Shown piece by piece: positions 63,709 through 64,000 of a DNA stretch of 64,000 nt. Source of the DNA: a virus. Its lineage: Duplodnaviria > Heunggongvirae > Uroviricota > Caudoviricetes. The stretch lies in the IMG/VR virus record IMGVR_UViG_3300042895_002216; one strand, written 5' to 3'. A program made the position numbers and the translations under genes. The notes under the pieces are model-generated. The model was not told where the DNA came from, made no database searches, and was given only the letters and a program-made list of their open reading frames with translations. Each line of letters begins with the position of its first letter. The stretch's first letter is position 1.

Positions 63709-64000
63709 ATGAAAAATTTATTTTTATCGATGGTATGTGCAATTATCACCATCTCAGCAAGTGCACAAATGCCGATAATAACGGCAGAAAATTCAAAGAC
63801 CGTATTTGTTGATAAACCTGGAAAATGGTTAATCTATCAAACTGGAGAAATTGTAGAATTACCTGAATCAGCGGATGCTCGCAAAATATTGGTAGAGTGC
63901 GCAGATCAAGGCTGTTTTGGCTGGGTTGTTGAAAACTTGGAAGGTCAACAGTGCTACGTAACGATTACTGACGAAGGTGTTAAATTTCGCCACTCAAGAA
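63709..64000 (+). CDS. secreted protein (partial, runs off window)
   Basis: Signal peptide MKNLFLSMVCAIITISASAQ. Confidence 0.4.
   Translation, partial: MKNLFLSMVCAIITISASAQMPIITAENSKTVFVDKPGKWLIYQTGEIVELPESADARKILVECADQGCFGWVVENLEGQQCYVTITDEGVKFRHSR

Overview
This window reads as about 64 kb from the genome of a large virulent phage, probably one infecting a Bacteroidetes/Flavobacteriia host. That host guess rests on Sec signal peptides ending in SQ/AQ, lipoboxes, a type IX secretion C-terminal sorting domain and the low GC content. I found no integrase, IS element or CRISPR array.

The genes are dense and mostly on the + strand. They include T4-like replication genes: a two-subunit type II topoisomerase, RNase H and a DinG/Rad3-like helicase. 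They also include a tail collar-domain protein, a ClpP-like protease, an ECF-type sigma factor, SmpB, thioredoxin, RmlC, a PRPP synthetase-like protein, and an intact-looking methylglyoxal synthase. A SET-domain protein, an SPFH/flotillin protein, a split CCA-adding enzyme (head domain plus HD domain) and an RNA-ligase-like nucleotidyltransferase are also present.

About 30 tRNA genes lie in two main islands (36.2-39.2 kb and 59.0-60.0 kb) plus scattered singles. Three of them are atypically long tRNA-like elements. A ~10 kb minus-strand cassette (21.3-31.1 kb) encodes secreted, lipoprotein and membrane proteins, including a GH19 endolysin and a protein carrying a T9SS sorting domain.

Four things stand out beyond the gene list:
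- **Shared N-terminal leader.** At least 16 otherwise unrelated proteins begin with a conserved leader (MKHIKLFEE.. / MKLKRFTQFVNEA..). It resembles the T4 capsid-targeting sequence and ends in a prohead-protease-like (L/I/V)-x-E site. A GH24 lysozyme and a minimal nucleotidyltransferase carry it, and a 2H phosphoesterase has a degenerate form.
- **Two promoter-like motif classes.** TAGTATAATAA-like and T4-late-like ATAAATAAC recur throughout, alongside the phage's own sigma factor.
- **Leader peptides ahead of both tRNA islands.** Each island is preceded by a promoter, a short ORF, then an intrinsic terminator. The ORF's codons are largely decoded by the downstream tRNAs, and it contains a segment complementary to the terminator's 5' arm. 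This is a candidate ribosome-mediated attenuator that senses the phage's own tRNA supply.
- **SmpB without a recognisable tmRNA.** The only nearby candidate is an atypical tRNA-like element.

Every functional call comes from motif-level reading of the translations and sequence. No database searches were run.
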